Notes under the pieces: model-generated
Databases searched by the model: none
What the model was told of the DNA's origin: nothing
What the model saw: the letters and a program-made list of their open reading frames with translations, nothing else
In this document: in pieces, positions 46,819 to 55,835 of the stretch
Layout of the letters: each line of letters opens with the position of its first letter
Position numbering within the stretch: position 1 is the first letter of the stretch
NCBI GenBank assembly: GCA_963783375.1
Contig: CAWANH010000029.1
Coordinates: 384,001-448,000, forward strand
Source of the DNA: Candidatus Eiseniibacteriota bacterium
Lineage (GTDB): Bacteria; Eisenbacteria; RBG-16-71-46; JABDJR01
Reading direction: 5' to 3'
Length of the DNA: 64,000 bases
Program-made: the position numbers and the translations under genes

Positions 46819-47886
46819 GTGAGCGCGCGCATCCCGCCTTTGTTCCTGGCCCTGGCCCTGCTCCTGAGCGCGGCGCCGGCCCGCGCCACCGGTGCGGCGG
46901 TGGAGCGGGCGCGGGCCCTGGCCGCCGGGGGCGACCGCGCCGGGGCCCGGGCGGTGCTCGACTCCGTCCTCGCCCTCCCTCGTCTCGATCCCGCCGAGCG
47001 CGCCGGCGCCTCGCTGGAGCGGACACGCCTGGAAATGGAGGGCGGTGAATACGAGAGCGATCTCCGGGGACTCATCGAGGGTGAGAAGGATCCGGCCCGC
47101 GAGGGGGCCCTCCGCCTCGCCCTGGGGAAGGTGCTCTTCGCCAAGGGAGACCTCCAGGGCGCGCTCCGGGAGTTCGGGGACAGCCGCAAGAAGGGCCGCG
47201 AGGAGGAAGGGAGTCTCTGGGAGGGACTCACCGCCCTGGCCCTGGGGGACGGACCCACCGCGCTGGAGTCTCTCGAGCGGGCGGCGGAATCGGGCAACCG
47301 CGCAATCCGGGACCGGGCCCGGATCGCTCTCGGCGACGCCTACCGTCTGGCCGGGGACTGGGCCGACGCCGCCACCCAGTACGAAGGGGTCTCCGAGGGA
47401 ATCTCGGGGAGCCCGGGCTGGTGGTCCACCGCGCAGTACGAGCGCGCCCGTTGCCTGGAAGAGCTGGAAGACCCCGTTCGGGCGCGGGCGCTCTATGTCG
47501 CGATCCTCACCCGGGCCCCGGGCGCCTACGAGGCCCCTCTGGCCCGGGCCCGGCTCCGGGCCCTCGGTGCGACCGCCGAGGCGACGCCCGAAGCCGTTCC
47601 CCGGGGCGCCGGAACCACCCCCGTCCCCGAAGGTGGAAGCGCGGCCCCCGCGGAATCCCTCACCGTCCAGGTGGGGGCGTTCAGCCAGAGCAAGAACGCG
47701 GCTCGGTTGGCCGGCACGGTGAGGGACGGGGGGTTCGGCCCGGTGCGGGTGGTGAAGGGAGGCGACGGCCTCTTCCGGGTCATGGTGGGCGGCTTCGCCA
47801 GCCGCGACCGCGCCGAGGCGGCGGGGGATTCCCTGGGAGCCGCTCTGGGGCTCGGGTTCAGCGTGGTGCCCGCCGGAGGGAACTGA
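46819..47886 (+). CDS. Exported TPR protein with C-terminal SPOR domain
   Basis: Signal peptide, TPR-like helices, VQVGAFS...NA and FRV.VG.F..R..AE. Confidence 0.8.
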   Translation: MSARIPPLFLALALLLSAAPARATGAAVERARALAAGGDRAGARAVLDSVLALPRLDPAERAGASLERTRLEMEGGEYESDLRGLIEGEKDPAREGALRLALGKVLFAKGDLQGALREFGDSRKKGREEEGSLWEGLTALALGDGPTALESLERAAESGNRAIRDRARIALGDAYRLAGDWADAATQYEGVSEGISGSPGWWSTAQYERARCLEELEDPVRARALYVAILTRAPGAYEAPLARARLRALGATAEATPEAVPRGAGTTPVPEGGSAAPAESLTVQVGAFSQSKNAARLAGTVRDGGFGPVRVVKGGDGLFRVMVGGFASRDRAEAAGDSLGAALGLGFSVVPAGGN

Positions 47887-47888
47887 GG

Positions 47889-50483
47889 GTGCCGCGCGCC
47901 AAGTCTCCCTCCGAGACCCCGGTGATGCGGCAATACCTCTCCTTCAAGGAGAAGCACCCCGATGCCGTTCTCTTCTTCCGCATGGGCGACTTCTACGAGA
48001 TGTTCTTCGCCGACGCCGAGCTGGCCGCGAAGGAGCTGGGCCTCACCCTTACCAGCCGCGACAAGCAGAAGGAGAACGGCGTTCCCATGGCCGGGGTGCC
48101 CTACCACGCCGCGGAGGGCTACATCGCCAAGCTGGTGCGGAAGGGGTACCGGGTGGCGGTGTGCGAGCAGGTCGGTGATCCCTCCCGGACCAAGGGGCTG
48201 GTTGAGCGAAGCATCACCGAGATCGTGACCCCGGGAACCGCGCTCAGCGATTCCCTGGTGTCGGAAAGCGCGAACAACTACGTGGCCACCCTTCTTCCCA
48301 GCCGGGACCTGGTGGGCCTTGCCGCCGCCGACATCACCACCGGGGAGTTTCTCCTGGAGGACATCCCTCTCGAGCGCTTCGAGCAGGACGTGGCGCGGCT
48401 CGGGATCTCGGAGTGGGTGGTGGCCGAGGGGGATCGGAAGGATCCCCTCCCTCCGGGAGACCTCCGCCCGGTGCGCCGGCCGGGGTGGTGGTTCGATGAA
48501 GCGCGGGGACGGCGGGAGCTCACCGCGCACTTCGGCGTCCAGAGCCTGGCCGGCTTCGACTGCGACGACCTGGGGCCCGCCCTGGGAGCGGGGGGGGCCC
48601 TCCTCGATTACCTGCGCGAGGTTCGCGGAGGAGAGCTCAGGCACCTGGTGCGTCTCCGCCGCCTCGGCATCCGGGACTACATGGTGCTGGACGCGGTGAC
48701 CCGCCGGAACCTGGAGCTGACCGCCCCCCTGATGGGAGAGTCCCGCACCCTGACCCTCCTCCACACCCTGGACCGGACGGTGACCGGGTTGGGGGCGCGG
48801 CGCCTTCGCGCATGGCTCGAACGGCCACTCGTAACCCTTGAACAGATAGAGCGTAGGCTTGATGCGGTCCAGGAACTCGTCGAGCGGCCGGAGGAGGCCG
48901 AAGCCCTCGAGGCGACCCTCCGCCGTTTCCGGGACCTGGAGCGGCTCCTGGGAAAAGCGGCTTGCGGGAAGGCCGGCCCCCGGGACGTTCGGGCGTTGGG
49001 GGAGGGGGCGATGGCGACCCCGGAACTCTCCGGGCGACTGGCGCGCTTCCAGGCCCCGATGCTCGCCGGGTGGATGGGCCGGCTTCCCGATCTCACCGGG
49101 CTGGGAACGCGGGTGACCGGGGCCCTGGTCGACGAGCCGCCCTTGAGCGCGGGGGATGGCGGGGTCTTTCGCCCGGGTTTCCACGTCGGCCTGGATGAAC
49201 TCCGCGAGCGGGCCCGGGGGGGGAAGGCATGGATCGCGCGCCTCCAGGAGCAGGAGCGGAAGACCACCGGGATCGCCAGCCTCAAGGTCGGATTCAACAA
49301 GGTTTTCGGCTACTACCTGGAGGTGACCGCCTCCCATCAGGCCAAGGTGCCCGACCGGTACATCCGGAAGCAAACCCTGGTGAACGCGGAGCGCTACGTC
49401 ACCCCGGAACTCAAGGAGGAGGAGGAGAAGATCCTGGGTGCCGAGGAGCGCCTGCGGTCCCTGGAGCTGGAGCTTTTCGCCGCCCTCCGGGACGAGGTGG
49501 TGGCGGATGCGGCCCGGATCCAGACCGTGGCGGAGGCGGTGGGGGAGGCCGACGCCCTCCTCGCCCTGGCCCGGGTGGCCCGGGAGGGGCGCTACGTTCG
49601 CCCCGAGATCGTCGAGGAGCCGGTTCTCAAGTTCAAGGAGGGCCGGCACCCGGTGGTGGAGCGGATCCTGCCCGCGGGGGAGTTCGTGCCCAACGATCTC
49701 GGCCTCGACGCGGCGAGCCGCCAGATCGCGGTCATCACCGGGCCCAACATGGCGGGCAAGTCCACCTACCTCCGCCAGGCCGGGCTCCTGGCCATCCTGG
49801 CCCAGATGGGTTCCTTCGTGCCCGCCGCCTCGGCGCGGGTGGGAATCGTGGACCGGGTGTTCACCCGGGTGGGGGCGTCGGACAACATCGCCCGGGGCCA
49901 GTCCACTTTCATGGTGGAGATGGAGGAGACCGCCACCATCCTGAACGCGGCTACCGGAGGGAGCCTGGTTCTCCTGGACGAGGTGGGGAGAGGGACCAGC
50001 ACCTACGACGGGCTGAGCCTGGCCTGGGCGGTGACCGAACATCTTCACGAGCGGCCCCTCGGACGGCCTCGTACCCTGTTCGCGACCCACTACCACGAGC
50101 TCACCGCCCTGGCCGGAACGCTCCCCCGCGTGGTCAACTTGAACGTGCAGGTCAAGGAGTGGAACGGGAAGGTGATCTTCATGCGGAAGATCGTGGACGG
50201 GGCGGCGGACAAGAGCTACGGCATCCACGTGGCCGAGTTGGCCGGCCTCCCCCCCGAGGTGGTGGCGCGGGCCCGCGCGGTCCTGGCCCGGCTCGAGGAA
50301 GGCCGGTTTGCCCGCCGCGGCCTGGAGGAGGCTCCCCCTCCGCCCCAACTCACCCTGTTCGAGCCGGTGGGGAACGAGCTGGTGGAGGAGCTTCGCGATC
50401 TGGAACCCGAACACATGACCCCCATCCAGGCGTTGGAGCTTCTGGCCGCCTGGAAGAAGCGATACCAAGGAAGGTCCTCATGA
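47889..50483 (+). CDS. mutS: DNA mismatch repair protein MutS
   Basis: TP.MRQY, FRMGDFYEMF, ITGPNMAGKSTY, STFMVEM, DEVGRGTST, FATHYHEL, SYGI.VA. Confidence 0.97.
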   Translation: MPRAKSPSETPVMRQYLSFKEKHPDAVLFFRMGDFYEMFFADAELAAKELGLTLTSRDKQKENGVPMAGVPYHAAEGYIAKLVRKGYRVAVCEQVGDPSRTKGLVERSITEIVTPGTALSDSLVSESANNYVATLLPSRDLVGLAAADITTGEFLLEDIPLERFEQDVARLGISEWVVAEGDRKDPLPPGDLRPVRRPGWWFDEARGRRELTAHFGVQSLAGFDCDDLGPALGAGGALLDYLREVRGGELRHLVRLRRLGIRDYMVLDAVTRRNLELTAPLMGESRTLTLLHTLDRTVTGLGARRLRAWLERPLVTLEQIERRLDAVQELVERPEEAEALEATLRRFRDLERLLGKAACGKAGPRDVRALGEGAMATPELSGRLARFQAPMLAGWMGRLPDLTGLGTRVTGALVDEPPLSAGDGGVFRPGFHVGLDELRERARGGKAWIARLQEQERKTTGIASLKVGFNKVFGYYLEVTASHQAKVPDRYIRKQTLVNAERYVTPELKEEEEKILGAEERLRSLELELFAALRDEVVADAARIQTVAEAVGEADALLALARVAREGRYVRPEIVEEPVLKFKEGRHPVVERILPAGEFVPNDLGLDAASRQIAVITGPNMAGKSTYLRQAGLLAILAQMGSFVPAASARVGIVDRVFTRVGASDNIARGQSTFMVEMEETATILNAATGGSLVLLDEVGRGTSTYDGLSLAWAVTEHLHERPLGRPRTLFATHYHELTALAGTLPRVVNLNVQVKEWNGKVIFMRKIVDGAADKSYGIHVAELAGLPPEVVARARAVLARLEEGRFARRGLEEAPPPPQLTLFEPVGNELVEELRDLEPEHMTPIQALELLAAWKKRYQGRSS

Positions 50484-53023
50484 AGCAGACGATTCTGCGC
50501 CGGCCGGCGGGGTGGGCCCCGGCGGCGCTCGTGGCGATGCTCATCCTCGGTACCGGGGCCCGGGCGGTCGCGGCCCCGATCCCCGCTCCCCCGGGGGCCG
50601 GATCCGGACTGCTCCAGACCCTGGCCCGCAGCGGAGTGGGCTGGACCGCCGGTCCGGACCGGCCCGCGGCCGGAGCGCGGACCGTCGCCGCCGTGACCCC
50701 GGTTCGCGTGCTGATTCGGGGTACGGTGGATCCCGCGGCCATCGTGGCCCGGGGGGGGCGGGTCTTCACCCGCGCCGGGGAGGTGTTGACCGCGGAGATT
50801 CCCCTGGGAGAGGCCATCGCGCTCACCCGGCTCCCCGGGGTGCGGTTCGTCTCGCTCTCGGCTCCGCTCCACTACGACCTCGACGTGTCGGTGCCCGCCG
50901 TCGACGCCGACACCCTTCGTCAGAGGCTCGGGAAGGACTGGACCGGACTCACCGGAGCCGGGGTGGTGGTGGGCCTGGTGGACAGCGGCCTCGATGTGCA
51001 TCAGCGCGATTTCCAGAATCCCAACGGAACCACCCGGGTCAAGTACTACTGGGACCAGACCGACCTCGAGGGACCGCGACCGGTGGTGGATGGGACGACC
51101 CTCTACGGTACCGAGTGGACCGCGTCCCAGATCGACGCCGGGACCGACCGGACCGCGGACCGGGACGGGCACGGAACCCACGTGGCGGGCATCGCCGCCG
51201 GGAACGGGCAGGCCTCCCAGGTGGACAGCCTCCGCTACCGCTACGCGGGAATGGCTCCGAATGCGGACCTCATCGTGGTCTCCGCGGTCAACGAGTCGGG
51301 GAACGTGATCGACGCGGTGAACTACGTGTTCAGCCGCGCCCAGGCCCTCCTCCGTCCCGCGGTGGTGAACCTTTCCCTGGGCTACCATCTCGGGCCTCAT
51401 GACGGAACCGGTCCGCTGGCCGCCGCCCTGGACGCTCTCGCCGGCCCGGGGAGATTGATCGTGGCCGCGGCGGGAAACGACGGGGACAGCCGGGTCCACG
51501 CCGAGCTTCACGTTCCGGCGGGGGGCAGCGACAGCGCGACGGTCACCATCCCCGCCTACACGCCGCTGATCGGGGAGAACGACTACTTCGCGGTCAACGG
51601 CTTCTACCGGGTCCCCGACTCCCTGTCGGTGACCCTGGTGAGTCCGGCGGGGGCGCGCTACGGCCCGATCCGGCTCGGCGAGGTCCAGACCGATCTCCTG
51701 ACCGACGAGGGGACGGTGTACCTGGCCAACATCGATACCGATCCGGTGGGAACGAACCTGGAGATCCAGATGGATGTGAGCGACTTCGATCCCGGGGGGG
51801 GCGGGGCCGGCCTTCCCCCCGCACCGGGGGAGTGGAGGCTCGTCTTCCGGGACCTGAAGGGGTCTCCCGGCGGGGGAGAGGTCGATCTCTGGATCACCGC
51901 GTCGAACCCCTTTTCCGTCGGCTGGGATCGGGGCTTCGATCCCACCGAGGAGGTGGAGTCTCCCGCGGTGGCCGAGCGGGTGGTGGCGGTGGGGTCGTTC
52001 ACCACCAAGACATGCTGGGTCAAGGCGTCCGGAGAAACCCGGTGCTTCACGAACGTGGCCCCCGAGGACACGGTGTTCGGAGCCATCAGCTTCTTTTCGA
52101 GTCACGGTCCCACCCGGGACGGGCGCCGGAAACCCGAGGTGGTGGCGCCGGGATTCGGGGTGGTCTCGAGCCTCTCCAACCAGATCAGCGACGAGTTGCT
52201 CACCCGGTACCAGATGCCCGAGCGGATGACCCCGGACCTGGAGCACTTCATGTTCGCGGGGACCAGCGCGTCCGCCCCGCATGTGGCCGGGGCCCTGGCG
52301 CTCCTCCTCCAGCGGGATCCCACCACCGATCCCGAAACCGCCCTGGGCAAGCTTGTCGCCTCGGCCCGGACCGACGCCTTCACCGGCCCGACCTGGGACA
52401 CCGCCTCGGGATGGGGAAAGCTCGACACGGCTCGCCTCGTGGCCCCCGACCTGGTGCCGGTCACCGCGCGCGTGCTCCGGATCCTCACCGCGGCCGACGG
52501 GCGGCCCGAACTCCGCTGGCAGGCGGCGGAGGCGGATCCAGTGGTCCGTTTCCGCCTGGAGAGCCGCGGCGCCGGCGATCGGTGGCGGGAGCGGGGAGAG
52601 TTCGACGGTCCGGGGCCGCACCGCTGGATGGATCCCGAGGGAACCCCGGGCGCCGCCTATCGGCTGAGCGCATGGCTGCGGACCGGGGCCTTCACGACCT
52701 GGGCCGAAGGGGTCTGGGCGGGGGAATCGCTTCCCCCGAGACTCGTCCTGGGGCCGGCGCATCCGAACCCGGCCCGGGGCGTGGTGGCGGTCTCCTTTCG
52801 CCTGGCCGGGGCGGCGGCCCGCCGCCTCCAGGCGGAGGTCGTGGATGCGGCCGGGCGCAGGGTATGCTCCCTGGGCGGCATCAAAACGGACGGGGGAGGC
52901 GGGGGCGAGGTGCGGTGGGACGGTCGCGACGCCGCGGGGAGGCCGGCCGCCGCCGGCCTGTACTGGATCCGGGTGCGGACGGGATCCCTGGAGGGGACGG
53001 CGCGGGTGATCCGGTTGCCCTGA
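50480..53023 (+). CDS. Secreted S8 subtilase with insert domain and C-terminal FlgD-Ig/T9SS-type sorting domain
   Basis: VDSG (Asp), GHGTHVAGIAAG (His), AAGN, GTSASAPHV (Ser); C-terminal HPNP...D..GR.V..L...WDGRD..G.P...GLY..R. Confidence 0.9.
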   Translation: MKQTILRRPAGWAPAALVAMLILGTGARAVAAPIPAPPGAGSGLLQTLARSGVGWTAGPDRPAAGARTVAAVTPVRVLIRGTVDPAAIVARGGRVFTRAGEVLTAEIPLGEAIALTRLPGVRFVSLSAPLHYDLDVSVPAVDADTLRQRLGKDWTGLTGAGVVVGLVDSGLDVHQRDFQNPNGTTRVKYYWDQTDLEGPRPVVDGTTLYGTEWTASQIDAGTDRTADRDGHGTHVAGIAAGNGQASQVDSLRYRYAGMAPNADLIVVSAVNESGNVIDAVNYVFSRAQALLRPAVVNLSLGYHLGPHDGTGPLAAALDALAGPGRLIVAAAGNDGDSRVHAELHVPAGGSDSATVTIPAYTPLIGENDYFAVNGFYRVPDSLSVTLVSPAGARYGPIRLGEVQTDLLTDEGTVYLANIDTDPVGTNLEIQMDVSDFDPGGGGAGLPPAPGEWRLVFRDLKGSPGGGEVDLWITASNPFSVGWDRGFDPTEEVESPAVAERVVAVGSFTTKTCWVKASGETRCFTNVAPEDTVFGAISFFSSHGPTRDGRRKPEVVAPGFGVVSSLSNQISDELLTRYQMPERMTPDLEHFMFAGTSASAPHVAGALALLLQRDPTTDPETALGKLVASARTDAFTGPTWDTASGWGKLDTARLVAPDLVPVTARVLRILTAADGRPELRWQAAEADPVVRFRLESRGAGDRWRERGEFDGPGPHRWMDPEGTPGAAYRLSAWLRTGAFTTWAEGVWAGESLPPRLVLGPAHPNPARGVVAVSFRLAGAAARRLQAEVVDAAGRRVCSLGGIKTDGGGGGEVRWDGRDAAGRPAAAGLYWIRVRTGSLEGTARVIRLP

Positions 53024-53077
53024 GCGTGGGCGGTGAGGGCGTCCCGGCGGGGACGGAATCCTTGAAGGGAGAGCGGC

Positions 53078-53719
53078 ATGAAGGCGCGGTGGTCGACGAC
53101 GGTTGTGCTCTTTACGTTCATGGCGGCGGGGACCGCGGCGGCCGAGGTTCCGCCTCCCCCCAGTCCTCACGTCTACGTGACCCCCACCGTGGGCATCTGG
53201 CGATGGGACGAGAAGGCGGTGGACGGTTCCCGGCTCAACGACCGCTCCGGCCTGGTCTGGGGGGGGCGGGCCGGCTACAGCCCCATCGAGGCGTTCTCGG
53301 GCGAGCTGGTCGTACTCACCGGCACCAACGACTTCCGGCGGGGAGGCGTCGCATTCAGCGCCCGCCTCACCCAGGTGGAGCTTTCCTTCGTGGTGAACTT
53401 CCGCTCCCTGGTCGACGCCCCGGTCTACCCCTTTCTCGACCTGGGCTCGGGGATTTCCGCTCGCCGCGCCGGCACGGGAGGAGAATCGGTGGAGGGGGTG
53501 AACGCCTCGCACCTCGACTTCCATCTCGGAGGGGGCGTCAAGGTGGATCTGGGCCGCCTGATCGGCATCCGCCTGAACGTCCGGGACACCTTCTTCACCG
53601 AAACCCAGGGAAGCGGGGACGCCAGGGACCAGACCACGGTGGACTCGGTCGAACTCTCGGGGGGTCTCGAATACCGGTTCGCGCTGGGGAAGCGTCACGG
53701 TCCCCGCCGGCTCCGCTGA
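53078..53719 (+). CDS. Outer membrane beta-barrel protein (8-stranded OmpA/OmpW-like)
   Basis: Signal peptide, alternating strands GGRAGY, PFLDLG.G, HLGGGVK, ELSGGLEYRF. Confidence 0.75.
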   Translation: MKARWSTTVVLFTFMAAGTAAAEVPPPPSPHVYVTPTVGIWRWDEKAVDGSRLNDRSGLVWGGRAGYSPIEAFSGELVVLTGTNDFRRGGVAFSARLTQVELSFVVNFRSLVDAPVYPFLDLGSGISARRAGTGGESVEGVNASHLDFHLGGGVKVDLGRLIGIRLNVRDTFFTETQGSGDARDQTTVDSVELSGGLEYRFALGKRHGPRRLR

Positions 53720-53752
53720 CCGCCCCTCCCCGTGGGCAAATTACGCCGAGCA

Positions 53753-53781
53753 TTGACAAATTCCGAAACAGTTCATAGCTT
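53753..53781 (+). promoter_or_regulatory. sigma70-type promoter TTGACA-17-TAGCTT
   Basis: Consensus -35, AT-rich 17-nt spacer. Confidence 0.7.
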
Positions 53782-53785
53782 AGAA

Positions 53786-53935
53786 GGTAGTGAGCTGCCC
53801 ACACCGGCCGGTTTGGGGGAGTGTCGGGGTGGCAAGGAAGGGCAAGGCAGCAGCGGTCGGATCCTGTGTTTCTCGACCTCCTTAGCGACAGGAGCCGGCT
53901 GTGTCCCGACCCCGCCCCGACCCCCCCGTTCTTCG
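53786..53935 (+). ncRNA. Candidate structured sRNA or 5' leader
   Basis: Follows the promoter; nested helices 53823-53832/53912-53921 and 53862-53867/53888-53893; loop contains ACCTCCTTA. Confidence 0.4.
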
Positions 53936-54090
53936 TCTGCGCGGGGGCCCCTCCAGGGGGCCTTCGTACGCCCCCGAACCTCCGCGAACATCCTCGGGAA
54001 GCCTCGCCCCCCCGTGGGGGTATGTCCCCTGACCCCGGTGAGATCATCTGCTACCATGATGGGTCGGGAGGCTTGGATCGGCTGTTACCC

Positions 54091-54561
54091 ATGACCTGGA
54101 AAATAACCCAACGACTTCTGGCACTGGTCCTGGTCGTGGCTCTCGGAGCCCCTTCCGGCTGTGCGAGCGGACCCAAGACATTGGGCCGAAAGGATCTCGT
54201 CCATCCGGAGCCCGCCCGGGCCTATCACGTTTCTCTCACCGACGGGCGGACGATGACCCTCATCTCCCTGCACCTGGAGGGGGAGTGGTTGATGGGAACC
54301 CAGAGGATCACCGAATCGACGACGGAGGGAACGGGGGAAGAGGCAAGGACCAACGTCACCAACCGGTATGAGGAGGTCAAGATCCCCTGGTCCGAGGTGG
54401 CCGGAGTGGCGGCGGACCGCGGTTCGAACCGGGACTCCTCGGTATTTCTCGCCGGGGCGGCCCTGTTGGCCGGGGTGGCCGCCTTCCTCCTCCTGAGCGG
54501 GAATTCGAACACCGCCCCCACCACCGGGGGTGGCGGAGGCGGAGGCGGAAAAGACTTTTGA
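54091..54561 (+). CDS. Hypothetical lipoprotein with C-terminal hydrophobic helix and Gly tail
   Basis: Signal peptide with PSGC lipobox; VFLAGAALLAGVAAFLLL; poly-Gly end. Confidence 0.6.
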   Translation: MTWKITQRLLALVLVVALGAPSGCASGPKTLGRKDLVHPEPARAYHVSLTDGRTMTLISLHLEGEWLMGTQRITESTTEGTGEEARTNVTNRYEEVKIPWSEVAGVAADRGSNRDSSVFLAGAALLAGVAAFLLLSGNSNTAPTTGGGGGGGGKDF

Positions 54562-54646
54562 TCGACGGGCCGGACGGCCGGAGGGCTTCCGGTACGGGTA
54601 CCCAGGCCGCCCGGGGCGGCCCGTAGTGAACCCAAAAGGAGAGAAC

Positions 54647-54979
54647 ATGGCGAAGCATCTGCTCGATCTTTCGGACTCCAACTTCTCGGCGACGCTCGAG
54701 CAGGCGGAGGTTCCGGTGATGGTCGATTTCTGGGCCCCGTGGTGCGGGCCCTGCCGGCTGGTGGCTCCGATCGTGGAGGAACTGGCCGAGAGCTACTCCG
54801 GCCGACTCCAGGTTGGGAAGCTCAACACCGACGAGAGTCCCTCGGTGGCCGCCCAGTACAACATCCGGTCCATCCCCACCCTGCTCTTCTTCAAGAAGGG
54901 CCAGGTGGTGGGCACGGTGATCGGTGCCGTCCCCAAGGACAAGCTCAAGCAGAAGGTCGAAGAGGTCCTGGGCAACTGA
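54647..54979 (+). CDS. trxA: Thioredoxin
   Basis: VDFWAPWCGPC, IRSIPTL; AAAGGAG RBS. Confidence 0.97.
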   Translation: MAKHLLDLSDSNFSATLEQAEVPVMVDFWAPWCGPCRLVAPIVEELAESYSGRLQVGKLNTDESPSVAAQYNIRSIPTLLFFKKGQVVGTVIGAVPKDKLKQKVEEVLGN

Positions 54980-54993
54980 CCGCCCGGCCTTTC

Positions 54994-55039
54994 CGGCGCG
55001 CCCCGAGCGTCTTTCGACGCCGGGGCGCGCCGTGTTTTT
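54994..55039 (+). terminator. Intrinsic terminator after trxA
   Basis: Long GC stem CGGCGCGCCCCG...CGGGGCGCGCCG followed by TGTTTTT. Confidence 0.7.
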
Positions 55040-55049
55040 GCCCCGCGCA

Positions 55050-55078
55050 TTGAGGGAGGGTCGGAGCCGTGTTAGCGT
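55050..55078 (+). promoter_or_regulatory. sigma70-type promoter TTGAGG-17-(TG)TAGCGT, predicted leaderless start at ATG 55086
   Basis: The -10 ends 7 nt before the ATG; no Shine-Dalgarno in between. Confidence 0.5.
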
Positions 55079-55085
55079 CTCTGCC

Positions 55086-55835
55086 ATGATTGCCTGGTAC
55101 GATCGGGCCTTCGGTCCCTGGTACTTGAAGCTCTACCCGCACCGGAACCTCGAGGAGGCGGAGCGGGCGGTGGGCACGATCGATGGGTTCCTGCCCTCCG
55201 GGGGCCGCTGTCTCGACGTCGGCTCCGGGGCCGGCCGGCACCTGGAAGCGCTCCGCCGGCGGGGGTTCGACGCGGTGGGCATCGACCGCTCCTCGGCCCT
55301 CCTCGCCGAGGCCTCGGAGCGGCGGCCGGCGCGCGACCGGTTGGTTCGGGGCGACATGCGCCGCCTTCCGTTCCCCGACCGCGCCTTCGACGCGGTCCTG
55401 AGCATGTTCACGAGCTTCGGCTATTTCGAGTCCCGGGCGGCCCACGCCCGGCTGCTGATCGAGTTCGCCCGGGTCGCCCGGCCGGACGCAGTCCTGGTCC
55501 TGGACTACCTGAACGCGCCCGAGGTGAGGCGGGGGCTCGTCCCCCGATCGAGCCGGCGGGTGGAGGGATACCTGGTGGAGGAACGGCGCCGGATCCTCAC
55601 CCGCTCCGACGACGAGGCGGTGGTGAAGGAACTCACCATCGTCGGTTCCGACGGAGATCCGGAGGAGCGCTACCACGAGGAGGTGGCCCTCTACGACCGG
55701 GACACCCTGATAGCCCTCTGCGCGGGCGCGGGCTGGCGGGAACGGGTGAGTCTCGGAAACTACGGCGGCGCTTCCTGGACGCCCGAATCCCCGCGGCTGC
55801 TCCTGGTGGCCGACCGCGAAGGGCGCGGGCGGTGA
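55086..55835 (+). CDS. Class I SAM-dependent methyltransferase, first gene of the bsh operon
   Basis: LDVGSGAGRH, GID.S, GDMR.LPF, MFTSFGYF, LDYLN; GTGA overlap with bshC. Confidence 0.88.
   Translation: MIAWYDRAFGPWYLKLYPHRNLEEAERAVGTIDGFLPSGGRCLDVGSGAGRHLEALRRRGFDAVGIDRSSALLAEASERRPARDRLVRGDMRRLPFPDRAFDAVLSMFTSFGYFESRAAHARLLIEFARVARPDAVLVLDYLNAPEVRRGLVPRSSRRVEGYLVEERRRILTRSDDEAVVKELTIVGSDGDPEERYHEEVALYDRDTLIALCAGAGWRERVSLGNYGGASWTPESPRLLLVADREGRGR

Noticed and set aside
48820-48870. Short AT-richer patches inside genes (mutS, aroA near 39060-39120, GT-C near 60850-60900, acyl-CoA dehydrogenase near 11080-11120)
   Set aside because: I found no shared motif or correctly spaced promoter by eye; a motif-discovery run would be needed.
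53830-53856. AAGG...AGCAGC resembling SRP RNA helix 8
   Set aside because: It lacks the paired stem closing a GNRA/GGAA tetraloop required in SRP RNA.
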